Positions 52,182-64,000 of a stretch of DNA of 64,000 nucleotides are shown here, piece after piece. How positions within the stretch are numbered: position 1 is the first letter of the stretch; each line of letters opens with the position of its first letter. Both the position numbers and the translations under genes were made by a program. Source of the stretch: Octopus vulgaris. Its lineage: Eukaryota. The notes under the pieces were generated by a model. The model was not told where the DNA came from. It saw only the letters and a list, made by a program, of their open reading frames with translations, and did no database searches. Location of the stretch: contig OX597839.1 of assembly GCA_951406725.2 (NCBI GenBank), forward strand, positions 9,672,001 to 9,736,000, written 5' to 3'.

Positions 52182-52524
52182 TCTAACCATAAAACACTAC
52201 CTGTCTAGCTCATGCTTACATGGAAACCAGGCATAACATAATGATAGTACATATCTACATATAGTTATGAAGCAGATGATTCCCTGTCATCATTCAGAAA
52301 TTTTCAACACCTGTGAATCTTCAGGTAACAAAAAGATAATTGGAGAAACCTAGTTTGTGACTTACAGAAACACAGCAGCAGAAATGGGAAGGAGAGTGGG
52401 CGAATGGTTCGATTTTCAGGTGTGTATATATATATGTGTGTGTATATATACAAAGAGATACAATATATTATATGCTTGCATATAATTTTTTCCATCCTTT
52501 CGTTGTTCTCTTGTATTTTTAAGT

Positions 52525-52898
52525 GGATGGAAGCACTCCGTCGGTTACGACGACGAGGGTTCCGGTTGATCCGAATCAACGGAACAGCCTGCTTGTGAAA
52601 TTAACGTGTAAGTGGCTGAGCATTTCACAGACACGTGTTCCCTTAACGTAGTTCTCGGGGATATTCAGCATGACACAGAGAGTGACAAGGCTGGCCCTTT
52701 GAAATACAGGTACAACAGAAACAGGAAGTAAGAGTGAGAGAAAGTTGTGGTGAAAGAGTACAGCAGGGATCACCACCATCCCCTGCCGGAGAATTGTGGA
52801 GCTTTAGGTGTTTTCGCTCAATAAACACTCACAATGCCCGGTCTGGGAATCGAAACCGCAAGTCCGCTGCCCTAACCACTGGGCCATTGCGCCTCCAC
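52525..52898 (-). mobile_element. tRNA-derived SINE related to family C, TSD atttttaagt
   Basis: TSD at 52515-52524 and 52899-52908; A- and B-box-like head. Confidence 0.8.
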
Positions 52899-52906
52899 AT
52901 TTTTAA

Positions 52907-52994
52907 GTACTAGCTTCAGCAATACATACAGAGAAAATTAGCATGAGCCCTGCACAAGGATCACATGCAAATCTGTGAAGTGTCCCATATTTTT
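52907..52994 (+). pseudogene. U6: U6 snRNA pseudogene with internal deletion
   Basis: GTACTAGCTTCAGCAATACA..TACAGAGAAAATTAGCATGAGCCCTGCACAAGGATCACATGCAAATCTGTGAAGTGTCCCATATTTTT aligns to U6 (ACAGAGA box, ISL, 3' U-tract); about 19 nt missing and several substitutions. Confidence 0.88.
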
Positions 52995-53430
52995 CATTCA
53001 TAGGTGCAGGTGTGGCTGTGTGCTAAAAACCTTGCTTGCCAACTACATGGTTCCAGGTTCAGTCCCATTGCGTGGCAGCTTGAGCAAGTGTTTTCTACTG
53101 TAACCTCAGGCTGACCAAAGCCTTCTGAGTGGATTTGGAAAAGGGGAAACTGAAAAAAGCCTGTAGTATGTGTGTGTGTGTGTATGTGTGTATCTTTGTT
53201 TCTCTGTTTGTCCCCACCATCACTGCCTGTCGGTGTACTTATGTGCCCACAACTTAGCAGTTTGGCAAGAGAGACTTATAAGATAAGTACTAGGCCTTAA
53301 AAAAAAGTCCTGGAGTCGATTTGTTCGGCTAATACCCTTCAAGGCCAACATGGCCACAGTCAAATGACTGAAACCAGTAAAAGATGAAAAAAGAAAAAAG
53401 ATAGGAGAAAGATATTTTGTTAAAAATTTC

Positions 53431-53835
53431 GAATCTTTTTGGTTTGAACGGCAGTTTTTAACATAATTTCTAGGTAACTAAAAAATTTTAAACTTCATAT
53501 ACTGGTAGAATGTGTTTATAAAACATCTTTTTCTCATGGCTTTATTGATAAAATTCTATAGTTTGTAAGATATTTGTTGCTTTTTTTCTTCAATTTCTGC
53601 AATTTCAACCAATCAATGACGTGTATTGAGTTAAAAAGCATTCTGTGCCATATGAATATGTCCCTCGTTTAAGAAACAGATTGGGTTTATTTACATTTGT
53701 GAAGAAAAAAAGATACCCTTCCCCCTAACCCTAAAACCGATTGAAATGCAATAGATCGATACTAGGGTCATAATTATGGGTGACAATTTCATATGACACC
53801 GCTAGAAAAAACTGCCGTTCAAACCAAAAAGATCC
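53431..53835. mobile_element. GGATC-family MITE monomer in opposite orientation, TSD AAAATTTC
   Basis: Same TIR and body; exact TSD. Confidence 0.9.
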
Positions 53836-53916
53836 AAAATTTCTTCCTAAGGAATCATTGGGAAAAATTTTTCTTTACTTTAGGACAGAACCACAGAGAA
53901 CACATAAACAACATAC

Positions 53917-54017
53917 CTTAACACAGAGTCAACTCCAGCCAACATTTGGTAAAAGATATGGAAAGTTGGCTCTCCCTCTGGTCGCCTTACCAGACGTGAT
54001 TTCTCCAGCATTATAAT
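53917..54017 (-). CDS. MYO18A: Myosin-XVIII exon [33 protein letters not shown](R), not in the ORF track
   Basis: Hand translation; 101 nt, tttcag acceptor, GTATGT donor, phase 0/2; LEKSR and FHIFY motifs. Confidence 0.93.
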
Positions 54018-54127
54018 CTGAAACAGTAGAAAACAACAAGAAAACGTTAAAGACAGGTAGTGAAGGAGGAAATACGGGAAATAATATGATTAATGTACTG
54101 CAATAGTTCCATGTGGGTGTATGTACA

Positions 54128-54349
54128 TTATTATTATTTATTATCATTATTAATTATTATTATTTATTATTATTATTATTATTTATTATCATTATTATTA
54201 TTAATTATTATTATTTATTATTATTATTATCATTAATTATTATTATTATTATTTATTATTATTATTATTTATTATTATTATTATTTATTATTATTAATTA
54301 TTATTATTATTAATTATTATTAATTATCATTATTAATATTATTATTAAT

Positions 54350-54381
<32 letters not shown>

Positions 54382-54900
54382 ATTATTATTAATATTATTA
54401 TTAATTATTATTATAATTAATTATTAATTATTATTATTATTATTAATTATTATTATTATTATTATTATTATTATGGCTGCCCCCTCGTTATCGAGTATGG
54501 CCATTGCACGAAGCTTAACTGTTACTGGTGCTGTAATCGAATGTGACTTTTTAGCCCAGCTAAAGATCTACAATGTCTTGTACAGAGTTGGCAACTAAAA
54601 CCTTTACCGGTAATAGCCGGCTGTAGTTGTAACTGGGCTTCATGTACCTTTGCATGTCATTTAAGTCCTCCTGCCGAATTACACTCTCTTCCACGTGCCC
54701 GACAGATATGATTAGTATGGTGTGTTACACCACCACCACCAGTGGCCAGGTTGTCACTCATCTGTCTCGTTTTATGACTACGAAGATGACTCTTGAGTCC
54801 AGCTTTACTGAGGCAGGGTCTTGCACAGACACTGCATGACAGCATCATAGGAAGACCCTTCCCATCTGGAAGTGTAACAGCGATGCCCTTCCTGACATCC
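54128..54900 (-). mobile_element. LINE 3' end with C2H2 finger(s) and expanded (TAA)n tail
   Basis: CSVCARPCLSKAGLKSHLRSH plus a second degenerate finger; ~345 bp degenerate (ATT)n at 54128-54473. Confidence 0.7.
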
Positions 54901-55124
54901 CTCCTTACTTTCTCATGGGTGTATGTACATAGGTAGGTAGGTTCATACATAACATATCAAGTACTACCATCATTACTTTCACCTATTACTTGATAAGCCC
55001 CACTTACAACAGAGCTTATTAGTCGAAGATAAGAGGTGCCAACCATCAAAGATATCATCATTAAGGGAGTGAGTGCCATCATTGAATTTCAATACACATT
55101 TAAAAGAAAGAAGACCAATTCACT

Positions 55125-55740
55125 TAAGACCACCTCTGGTTCCACAATACAAACTTTATTTTTAAAAGTGACTTAAATTAAACCCATCAATATTTCAAAT
55201 TCATTTATGTTCCAAACATCAGTTTAATAATGACAAATTTATTTAACATTTTTTGTAATAAACAGATACACTGGTTCATTTCACTCCTTTATTGTTAGTC
55301 AGTTGTTCTACTGCACAGCTTTGGGGAATCCAGATTTCTCAAAAACATGATTGGAACTCCTTTCAATGTCAGTTTGTGAGAAGGCATTCCAGGAGTTACG
55401 AAACTCAGTAGTTATTTTATAGAATATATATATATTTGCTTTGCAAGATTTTTGATGTGAAATCGTGTGTTGAAAGAGATATTGTTGTATTCCCGGCCTG
55501 GGAATCGAAACCGCTATCCTACGACCGCGAATCCACTGCTCTAACCACTGGGCCATTGCACCTCCACCATATATATGTATGTGTGTGTGTGTAACTGTGT
55601 ATCAACTAAGTATTCCAGTTATGTGATGTGGACAACATATCAAATAACAGTAGGTGTGGTAGAGGTGTGTTTTTATCTACATATCTGCATTTGTACTGTG
55701 TGTAAAATATTCCAATTATGTGGTGTGGACAGCATATCAA
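55125..55740 (+). repeat. Intronic ~620-bp block duplicated at 59425-60690
   Basis: Near-identical sequence; the second copy is interrupted by a SINE. Confidence 0.9.
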
Positions 55741-55963
55741 GAATAGTGTGGACAGCATATCAAAAATAGAGAAAGTGTGGCTTGGTAGTTAGGGCGCTGT
55801 ACTCATGATTACAAGATTATGGTTTCAATTCCTGGGCCAGGTGGTGCATTGTATTCTTGAGCAAAACACTGCATTTCAAATTGTTCCAGTCTACTTAGCT
55901 ATATGAGGAACCCTGCAATGAACTGGCATCTCATTCAGAGGTAAAATTATGATCTCAGTTATT

Positions 55964-55967
<4 letters not shown>

Positions 55968-56003
<36 letters not shown>

Positions 56004-56340
56004 AATTATCGTATACAGTGCTCAGGTGCACCACAACTTGTCAAAAAGTGCACATAAAGTATATGCAGTGATGTACAAATGTCTGGAAAGCGAACAGTGT
56101 ATGAGTCAGATACATGTTTGCGTGTGTATGGAGGGGAGAAAATCAGGTGTAGTGTTGGCGAATCTCAGGAAGCATGGAAGTTTTGAAGTATGCAGTGCTC
56201 CGACAACTAACAACTGATGCTGGCAGTTTGCTGCATGCTTTAACAACTCTTAGCGTGAAAAAATGTTTCCGAAAGTCATGGGAGCTATGCTGTTTTCTGA
56301 CTTTGTAAACATGTCCACAGGTGTTAGACAGGTGGAGTTT
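55968..56340 (-). mobile_element. CR1/L2-type LINE 3' end
   Basis: Degenerate HDFRKHFFTLRV and LPASVV; (TTA)n tail; the same tail occurs on + at about 5785-5915. Confidence 0.7.
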
Positions 56341-56478
56341 ATAACATAGAAACTGACTAATCAGCCTTAGGATTCCTACAACTCAACACAGTTATGCTCA
56401 GGACACTTACTTATCAAAGCTGTGCTGCACTATGTATGCATTCTAATGACTATAAGAGAAAATGCCCAAATAGCTTAC

Positions 56479-56621
56479 CTGGATTGTTATACCAGACACC
56501 TGTCCCGAAAAGTCAAAGTCTAAGGTGGTCAGCTTGGAAAACCTAGAAGCATTGGTATTGAGAATTGTGCGACTATTGCCAAATGTTTCCAATAGGACAT
56601 CCATGGAGTTTACTTTATCAA
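56479..56621 (-). CDS. MYO18A: Myosin-XVIII exon with switch I (LETFGNSRTILNTNASRFSK)
   Basis: 143 nt, ttccag acceptor, GTAAGC donor, phase 1/0. Confidence 0.94.
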
Positions 56622-56778
56622 CTGGAACAAAACACAAAACAAAATATATACTTCAATTTTTATTTCTGAACAAAGTCACAAGGTCAGAAACATTTGTAGA
56701 AAAAGAGAGGTATGGTCCATTACAGATATCAGTACATAGCTGGTACTTTATTTTATCAACCTTGGAAGGACAAAGTTG

Positions 56779-57110
56779 GGATCTTTTCTGTTTGACCGGC
56801 AGTTTTTTAAAATAATTTCCACGTAACTAAACACTTTTAAACTTTGTATACTGGTAGAATGTGTTTATAAAACATCTTTTTCTCTTGGCTTTATTGAGAA
56901 AATTCTATAGTTTGTAAGATATTTGTTGTTTTTTTTTCTTCAATTTCTGCAATTTCAACCAATCAATGACGTCTATTGAGGTGAAAACATTCTGTGCCGT
57001 ATGAATATGTCCCTCGTTTAAGAAACAGATTGGGTTTATTTACATTTTTGAAGAAAAAAAGATACCCTTCCCCCCACCCCTAACCCTACAGCAGATTGAA
57101 ATGCAATAGA
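56779..57110. mobile_element. Truncated GGATC-family MITE inserted in a SINE relic
   Basis: One TIR only, preceded by caaagttg; body matches the other copies. Confidence 0.85.
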
Positions 57111-58942
57111 CTCACTGGGATTTGAATTCAGAATGTTAAATGATAGCACCAATGCCGAAAGGTATTTTTTCCACACTCTAAAGTTTCTAGGACAACACCA
57201 AACCATAAACCCCCTTCAATATGATACATTGTTAGACTAAACAAACACAACTGTTTGACCCAAATATATATTTATTGGGTATAGACAGTCAAAAGAGGGA
57301 ACACACCAACTGTCTGACATTAAAAATGTACACCCACACATATATATTCATTATAACTATTTTACATACATGGTCTAATTAAGACAAACAGTGACACAAC
57401 ACAAAACAAGCTTCTGCTCTGTGTGTGTCTGTATACACAGACATGCACACATACAAACTCATAGAAAAAGACACCCACATACAGAGAAACAGATAGATAG
57501 AAATATTCAAACAATTTGAAGCGAAGTGTGAATACATCCATTGTTCACTGTGATGTCCAGGTCAGCCTCACCGTGAAGGTGGGGGGAGAGTACCAGAAAG
57601 GAATCCTATGATAACAAAAGACATTTTTTTTTTTCATGATTAATGTGACACTGTGTCTACGAAACCCTAATTTTATTTTAACAATGCAATCAGAGCAGAA
57701 ATTTTGTATTAAGGGCAAATCCAAGTCTGAAACCCTTGTGAATCTAGAAAAATTACGGGGATAGATTTATTACAACAATATCACCACCAAAGTAGGGAGC
57801 CTCTAAATCAGGGATTCTCAACCATTTTTCATCTATGGACCCCTTTGATTACTATTATTCTAGTAGATCCCCATAGTCATTCAATGCTTAAAAACTTGTT
57901 TTACAGAAATCTCTTTCAAAATTCCTGTTTTGTTTTCTGCACATAAGCTTATGTAGGTTGAACTATGTAAAATGTTAGAGAAAGAAACCTGGCTGTACAT
58001 ACCAGTACATGTATCTAAAGCAGGGCTCCAGAAAATATTATTGTAGACCCCAAATAGTTGCATGATCACCTGAAAATCTTCTAAAGGACCCTCAGGAGCA
58101 ATATGGACCCAGTTGAGAACCACTGCTCTAAATGATGGAGAAAGCATGTTAGAAATAGCAGCAAAATGTATCTCAAAGCACACAGAACTGCATTTGAAAA
58201 TGAAAACCGGAGACACTGAATAGAGAATGTCTTGAATAAAAGATGTAAAGGAAGGTCAGTCTTATCACAGCCACAAAAGGAACATCTTCAATCATAAATC
58301 TGTTGGTTCAGTTCATTAAATGATTTTCAGAGAAAAATCACCCACAGCCAATAACAGACGGGTCAGCATACCCTGACACAATTTCTAATGTGTTGGCATA
58401 CACCTATACAAACAATCACAGAGCATCCAACACACACACACACACACACCAATTGACAAATACACTACGCCCCCTCTCCCCCATGTCCATTAACATGAAA
58501 TTTCTCTGTCTGCCAGTCTCTTTTATTCTTTTACTTGTTTCAGTCATTTGACTGCAGCCATGCTGGAGCACCGCCTTTAGTCAAGCAAATCGACTCCAGG
58601 ACTTATTCTTTGTAAGCCTAGTACTTATTCTATTGGTTTCTTTTACCAAACCGCTAAGTTACGGGGACGTAAACACACCAGCATCGGTTGTCAAGCAATG
58701 CTGGGGGGACAGACACAGACACACACACACACATATATATACATATATACGACAGGCTTCTTTCAGTTTCCATCTACCAAATCGACTCAAAAGGCTTTGG
58801 TTGGCCCGAGGCTATAGTAGAAGACACTTGCCCAAGGTGCCACGCAGTGGGACTGAACCCGGAACCATGTGGTTGGTAAGCAAACTACTGACCACACAGC
58901 CACTCCTGCACCTATTCTGTCAACAAACAAAATTTTACTTAC

Positions 58943-59153
58943 TTGTGATAAAATTATTGACACTGCCCGATGCCAGGACAAAATACTGCAGAATGTGGTG
59001 GGCATTTGTAGTTTTGCCACTGCCACTACGGCCAATCAGGACGATGGACTGGTCAAGCCGGCTGCTCAGCATTTCACGGTGAGCATGCTGGGCCACTGAG
59101 TAGATATGAGGGGGCATGTCTTCCTGTTTACAACCTTTGAACATCTGAATAAC
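58943..59153 (-). CDS. MYO18A: Myosin-XVIII exon with P-loop (MPPHIY...DQSIVLIGRSGSGKT)
   Basis: 211 nt, ctgcag acceptor, GTAAGT donor, phase 0/1; myosin PPHIY motif and P-loop. Confidence 0.95.
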
Positions 59154-60088
59154 CTGCAGAAAAATGAAAATTGTAAGCATTTGGAGAAGATGATCATGAT
59201 GGTAGTGGCAACAATGATGATAGGAATGATGGTCATGGTTGGTGATGACAGAAAAAAAACAGCAAATCAGTAAGGAATGGCTGGACATAATAATCATTTC
59301 TGTCAATTTTGATGGCAAACATTTAGTCTTTAACCAAACTAAACTACCCGTTTTTTAAATTCAGTCACCAAAGCAGCTGAACATTTCACAGACACGTTGC
59401 CCGAACCCTTTTGATACCAATCCACTTAAGACCACCCCCGGTTCCACAATACAAACTTTATTTTTAAAAGTGACTTAAATTAAACCCATCAATATTTCAA
59501 ATTCATTTATGTTCCAAACATCAGTTTAATAATGACAAATTTATTTAACATTTTTTGTAATAAACAGATACACTGGTTCATTTCACTCCTTTATTGTTAG
59601 TCAGTTGTTCTACTGCACAGCTTTGGGGAATCCAGATTTCTCAAAAACATGATTGGAACTCCTTTCAATGTCAGTTTGTGAGAAGGCATTCCAGGAGTTC
59701 AGAAACTCAGTAGTTATTTTATAGAATATATATATTTGTTTTGCAAGATTTTTGATGTGAAATCGTGTGTTAAAACAGATATTGTTGTATTCCCGGTCTG
59801 GGAATCGAAACCGCTATCCTACGACCGCAAATCCACTGCCCTAACCAATGGGCCATTGCACCTCCACCATATATATATATATACTCTTTTACTTGTTTCA
59901 GTCATTTGACTGCAGCCATGCTGGAGCACCACCTTTAGTTGAACAAATCGACCCCGGGACTTATTCTTTGTAAGCCCAGTACTTATTCTATCGGTCTCTT
60001 TTGCCGAACCACTAAGTGATGGGGACATAAACACACCAACATCGGTTTTCAAGCAATGCTAGGGGGACAAACACAGACACACAAACAG

Positions 60089-60136
<48 letters not shown>

Positions 60137-60296
60137 GACAGGCTTCTTTCAGTTTCCGTCTACCAAATCCACTCACAAGGCATTGGTCGGCCCGGGGCTA
60201 TAGCAGAAGACACTTGCCCAAGGTGCCACGCAGTGGGACTGAACCCGGAACCATGTGGTTAGTCAACAAGCTACTTACCACACAGCCACTCCTGCG

Positions 60297-60340
<44 letters not shown>

Positions 60341-62012
60341 TTGCAAGATTTTTGATGTGAAATCGTGTGTTGAAACAGATATTGTTGTATTCCCAGTCTG
60401 GGAATCGAAACCGCTATCCTACGACCGCGAATCAACTGCCCTAACCACTGGGCCATTGCACCTCCACCATATATATATATACACACACACACACACATAT
60501 ACATATATGTGTGTGTGTGTGTGTGTTTGTGTGTGTGTGTAACTGTGTATCAACTAAGTATTCCAGTTATGTAATGTGGACAACATATCAAATAACAGTA
60601 GGTGTGGTAGAGGTGTGTATTTATCTACATATCTGCATTTGTACTGTGTGTAAAATATTCCAGTTATGTGGTGTGGACAGCATATCAAATAACATCTGGA
60701 TAGGTGAGATGTCGTGGCCTAGTGGTATGTTTATTTGTGTGGACGTGTGTGACACAGGTGTAGAGTGACGTACACATGTATGCTCATATGCGTGTATATA
60801 GTTTGTGTAAGTGTATACAGAGTGTGCATATAGGTAGGTCTGTGTGTGTGATGTCCATAGGTGTCTGTCTATGTGAGTTTGTGACAGTATGTATGTTCAT
60901 GGGTTTGTGTCAGAGCAGGATGGAAATTTCAACAATGCTGTTGCCGAAATTCTGCAATGCCCTGTTAAACCAACCTAGCTTAAAAATGCAAGTGATATCA
61001 TTTGCTGTGATGAAATATCTCCGTTTTTGCCTCTCCTGTACCTCACCTAATAATGAAGGAAGATGCTAGAAACAGCACCCAAATCTCACTTGTTTTACCT
61101 CCTAACATCTTGGAAAAATGGAAGGACACATGGGATTATGTGGTTCTAGTGTATACCGTCTGAATATGAAAGATGGTAAAGTATGCCTTTGACCATAGGT
61201 TTGCTGGATCTCAGGTAATTTGGGGCTAAGCAGCAGTAATAGTATCACCATTATGTACAAACAGACAGACATGCATATGCAGTACATATAGAGACACACA
61301 AACTCTTCATTGTTGCTGTCATTTATACAAAACAATAAAGAATAGTAAAGTGTGTGTAAACATGTTAACATACGTATGTGTGTATAGATAAATGACATGT
61401 ATTGGGTTGTCTGGAAAGTTCGTGCCGATTTATAGTATGCATGCACATGCACACATACAGTTATTTGTACGTGTGTGTGTGTGTGGTATAAGTACCAGAC
61501 TTTTATGCATAAACATCACACAATCTACCCTTCACTCAGAAAGAGAATCCCTTTGTTATCACCAGAGACAACAATTTATTGAACTTTTCCTACCTTGTTC
61601 TTATTCTGGTTATTATGCTGTCATGAGTACTCTCCTCAACTTCTGATTTAGTCATCTACCCATCAGAAACTATAATCTTCAAAATAGCATCTCATCTCAG
61701 CTAATTTTCTTCCTAACCAGTCATGCTAAAACCCCTTAGCACAGATTGCAATTGCAAGTTTTAACTAACTGGCTGGCCCATGTGTAAAAATTCGAGCGTG
61801 GTTGTTGTCAGTACCGCCTGACTGGCCCCCATGCCAGTGGCACGTAAAAGCACCCACTACACTCTCGGAGTGGTTGGCATTAGGAAGGGCATCCAGCTGT
61901 AGAAACTCTGCCAGATCAAGACGAGCTTGGTGCAGCCATCTGGTTTGCCAGCCCTCAGTCAAACCATCCAACCCATGCTAGCATGGAAAGCGGACGTTAA
62001 ACGATGATGATG

Positions 62013-62128
62013 ATAAGCCACTCTACCTAGCATTTGTTGATTTGGAGAAGGCCTTTGACAAGGTACCATACTCTGTAGTCTGGTGGTCGTTAAGAAAACT
62101 AGGTACAGATGAATGGTTTTTGAGAACT
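62013..62128 (+). mobile_element. Short RTE RT fragment
   Basis: KPLYLAFVDLEKAFDKVP..WWSLRKLG, a paralog of 36330-36440. Confidence 0.8.
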
Positions 62129-62365
62129 TTGGCAAACTTCTTGTTTTCATTTTACCTCTGCGCTAAGCAAACCCTTTATCTATCTTTACAAGAACAATTT
62201 TTAATTTTATGGTTTTATCTTTTTCACTATTCTGCCACTATGTCACCTTCCCTTTAGCTAGAATCTTGCTCCGTCCAGACATCTCGTCAGTGGCTTCCAG
62301 AAGGTTCTCGTATAGAAATTTCTAGTTATCTCCTGATGTAAGTCTCTGTAAACATGTATGTCTGT

Positions 62366-62410
<45 letters not shown>

Positions 62411-62435
62411 GGTTTGGAGATGATGTACAGGTATT

Positions 62436-62833
62436 ATATATTAGAAGAAATGAGGTACTCAGAAATCTGGATGGTTTTATATTTACAGATATTTATTAGT
62501 ATGTTACATGTTTTTATAAATCATATATCATATATTAGCGCTTTCGTTCACTCTAGTGGAGTTTTCAAATTGAACTTTTGCAGGAATTTTGTCTCTTTGA
62601 GATACTTGTATTATTGAATGTGTAGGGGTGGGGAGAGATAAGATAGTACAAGAGGGTGAGGAATGGGGAGAAAATGAGACAAAATTCCTGAAAAAGTTCA
62701 ATTTGAAAACTCTACTAGAGTGGATGAAGGCGCTAATATATGATATATGATTTATAAAAACATGTAACATACTAATTATCTGTATATATAAATCCAACCA
62801 GATTTCTCTGTATCTCATTTCTTCTAATATATA
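62436..62833. mobile_element. Foldback MITE-like element, ~160-bp inverted arms, ~80-bp spacer
   Basis: 62436-62595 is a degenerate reverse complement of 62676-62833; TA-rich flanks. Confidence 0.8.
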
Positions 62834-63252
62834 TATATATCATCATAATCATCCGTTTCCCATGCTAGCATGGTTTGGACGGTTCGACCGGGGTTTGATA
62901 AACCATGGAGCCTGCACCAGGCTCTAGTCTGATTTGGCAGTGTTTCTATAGCTGGATGCCCTTCCTAACGCCAACCACTCCGTGAGTGTAGTGGGTGCTT
63001 TTACGTGCCACCGGCATAGGGGTCAGAGGAGGCTGGCAAACGGCCACGATCAGTTGGTGCTTATATATATATATATATATATATGGTGAGAAGTAAACAA
63101 CAAACAGATGTATTAATTTAACGCTTGGGAAGTAAGAAAGTCTTTTACATTCGAGCCTACACTCTTCGACAGAAAGGAACACAGAAATATACAGGGAGAG
63201 AAAATATATGCGTGCATGTGTGTGTGGACAAACTGCAAAATTGCTGACTTAC

Positions 63253-63429
63253 CTTTTCTGAATAAATGGACAATGGTACCATGGGATTGACTACAATCAT
63301 AGTGGGTCCTGAATAACTGTGAACAAGGGTGCTTCCATACCGTTGTCGGATAACATGAAGAAGGCTGGATTCATTGAGGTAACGAAGCATTGTTAAATCT
63401 TCTGTCTTGTCAAACTGTGGAGGATTTGA
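63253..63429 (-). CDS. MYO18A: Myosin-XVIII exon 1 in window (SNPPQFDKTEDL...SIYSEK), start of motor domain
   Basis: 177 nt, ttccttcag acceptor, AAG|GTAAGT donor; NPPQFDKTEDL and LRYLNESSLLH resemble the myosin head N-terminus; phase 0/0. Confidence 0.93.
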
Positions 63430-63619
63430 CTGAAGGAAAAACAAAGATTTGACATTAGTCATTGAGAAAGATCAAATTATGGAAAAACTGCAGATTTAGG
63501 GAGTCAAACTGTGCTGGATTAAAATGGGGGACACACAGAAATTATCCATGACAGAAGGTTTAACTATAGAAACATAGCAGAATTAGATAGATTTCACTGT
63601 CAAGGAAAATGGGTGAGAA

Positions 63620-63790
63620 AAAAAACCCAGCGTCTACTTACTCCCTCCACAACACTAATCTCAAAAAGTCTTCTTGTGAACATGACCTGGGCATTATTGT
63701 CAACAGCGATTTGCATTGGACAAAACACATTACTAAAATTACCAAGAACGCTGAGGGTGTCTTGGCATCACTTATCAAGTCCTTACCAAA
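63620..63790 (+). mobile_element. CR1/L2-type RT fragment
   Basis: EHDLGIIVNSDLHWTKHI motif. Confidence 0.65.
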
Positions 63791-64000
63791 CAAATGCACA
63801 ACATGCAACAGAAAATGAGGATGAGATACACGCAAACCTAAATCTGCAGTCGTAGTCTCACTCTGGTTCAGATTCGAAACCAAATCTTTCAATTCTCCTT
63901 GGGCATAAGGCCTGTTCAAATGTCAAAAGAAAACATGACAAATGGATCTTCCACTTCACCTGTGCCTTTCTTAGTGCCATTGCACAGTCACCTGGATTCC

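Overview
AT-rich, repeat-dense animal genomic DNA. The SINE, RTE and microsatellite landscape suggests a coleoid cephalopod, probably Octopus (inference from pattern recognition, not a database hit). The window lies inside one large minus-strand gene for an unconventional myosin-XVIII (MYO18A-like). I reconstructed 16 consecutive, phase-compatible exons (63429 down to 19079; 2241 nt, 747 codons) covering nearly the whole motor domain. They carry the class-18 degenerate motifs GRSGSGKT, NTNASRF and DTPGFQ, and one intron has a GC donor. I did not find the expected next exon (VFFR/IQ region) in 1-19078. That intron instead holds a 218-codon acidic, Ser-rich ORF with a strong start context and a phase-0 donor, a candidate alternative first exon for a motor-less isoform. 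The introns also contain: an RTE LINE with a PHD-like finger inside the RT region and a VNTR in its 3' UTR; a GG-terminated MITE family with 8-bp TSDs, including a 790-bp palindromic dimer; piggyBac-like MITEs; Helitron-like elements; Tc1/mariner relics; several SINE families, two copies flanked by ~100-150 bp duplications; minimal hammerhead-like motifs; a structured bipartite RTE derivative; a U6 pseudogene; and a 22-bp minisatellite with a 176-bp higher-order period. Repeat boundaries are approximate unless a TSD is given.
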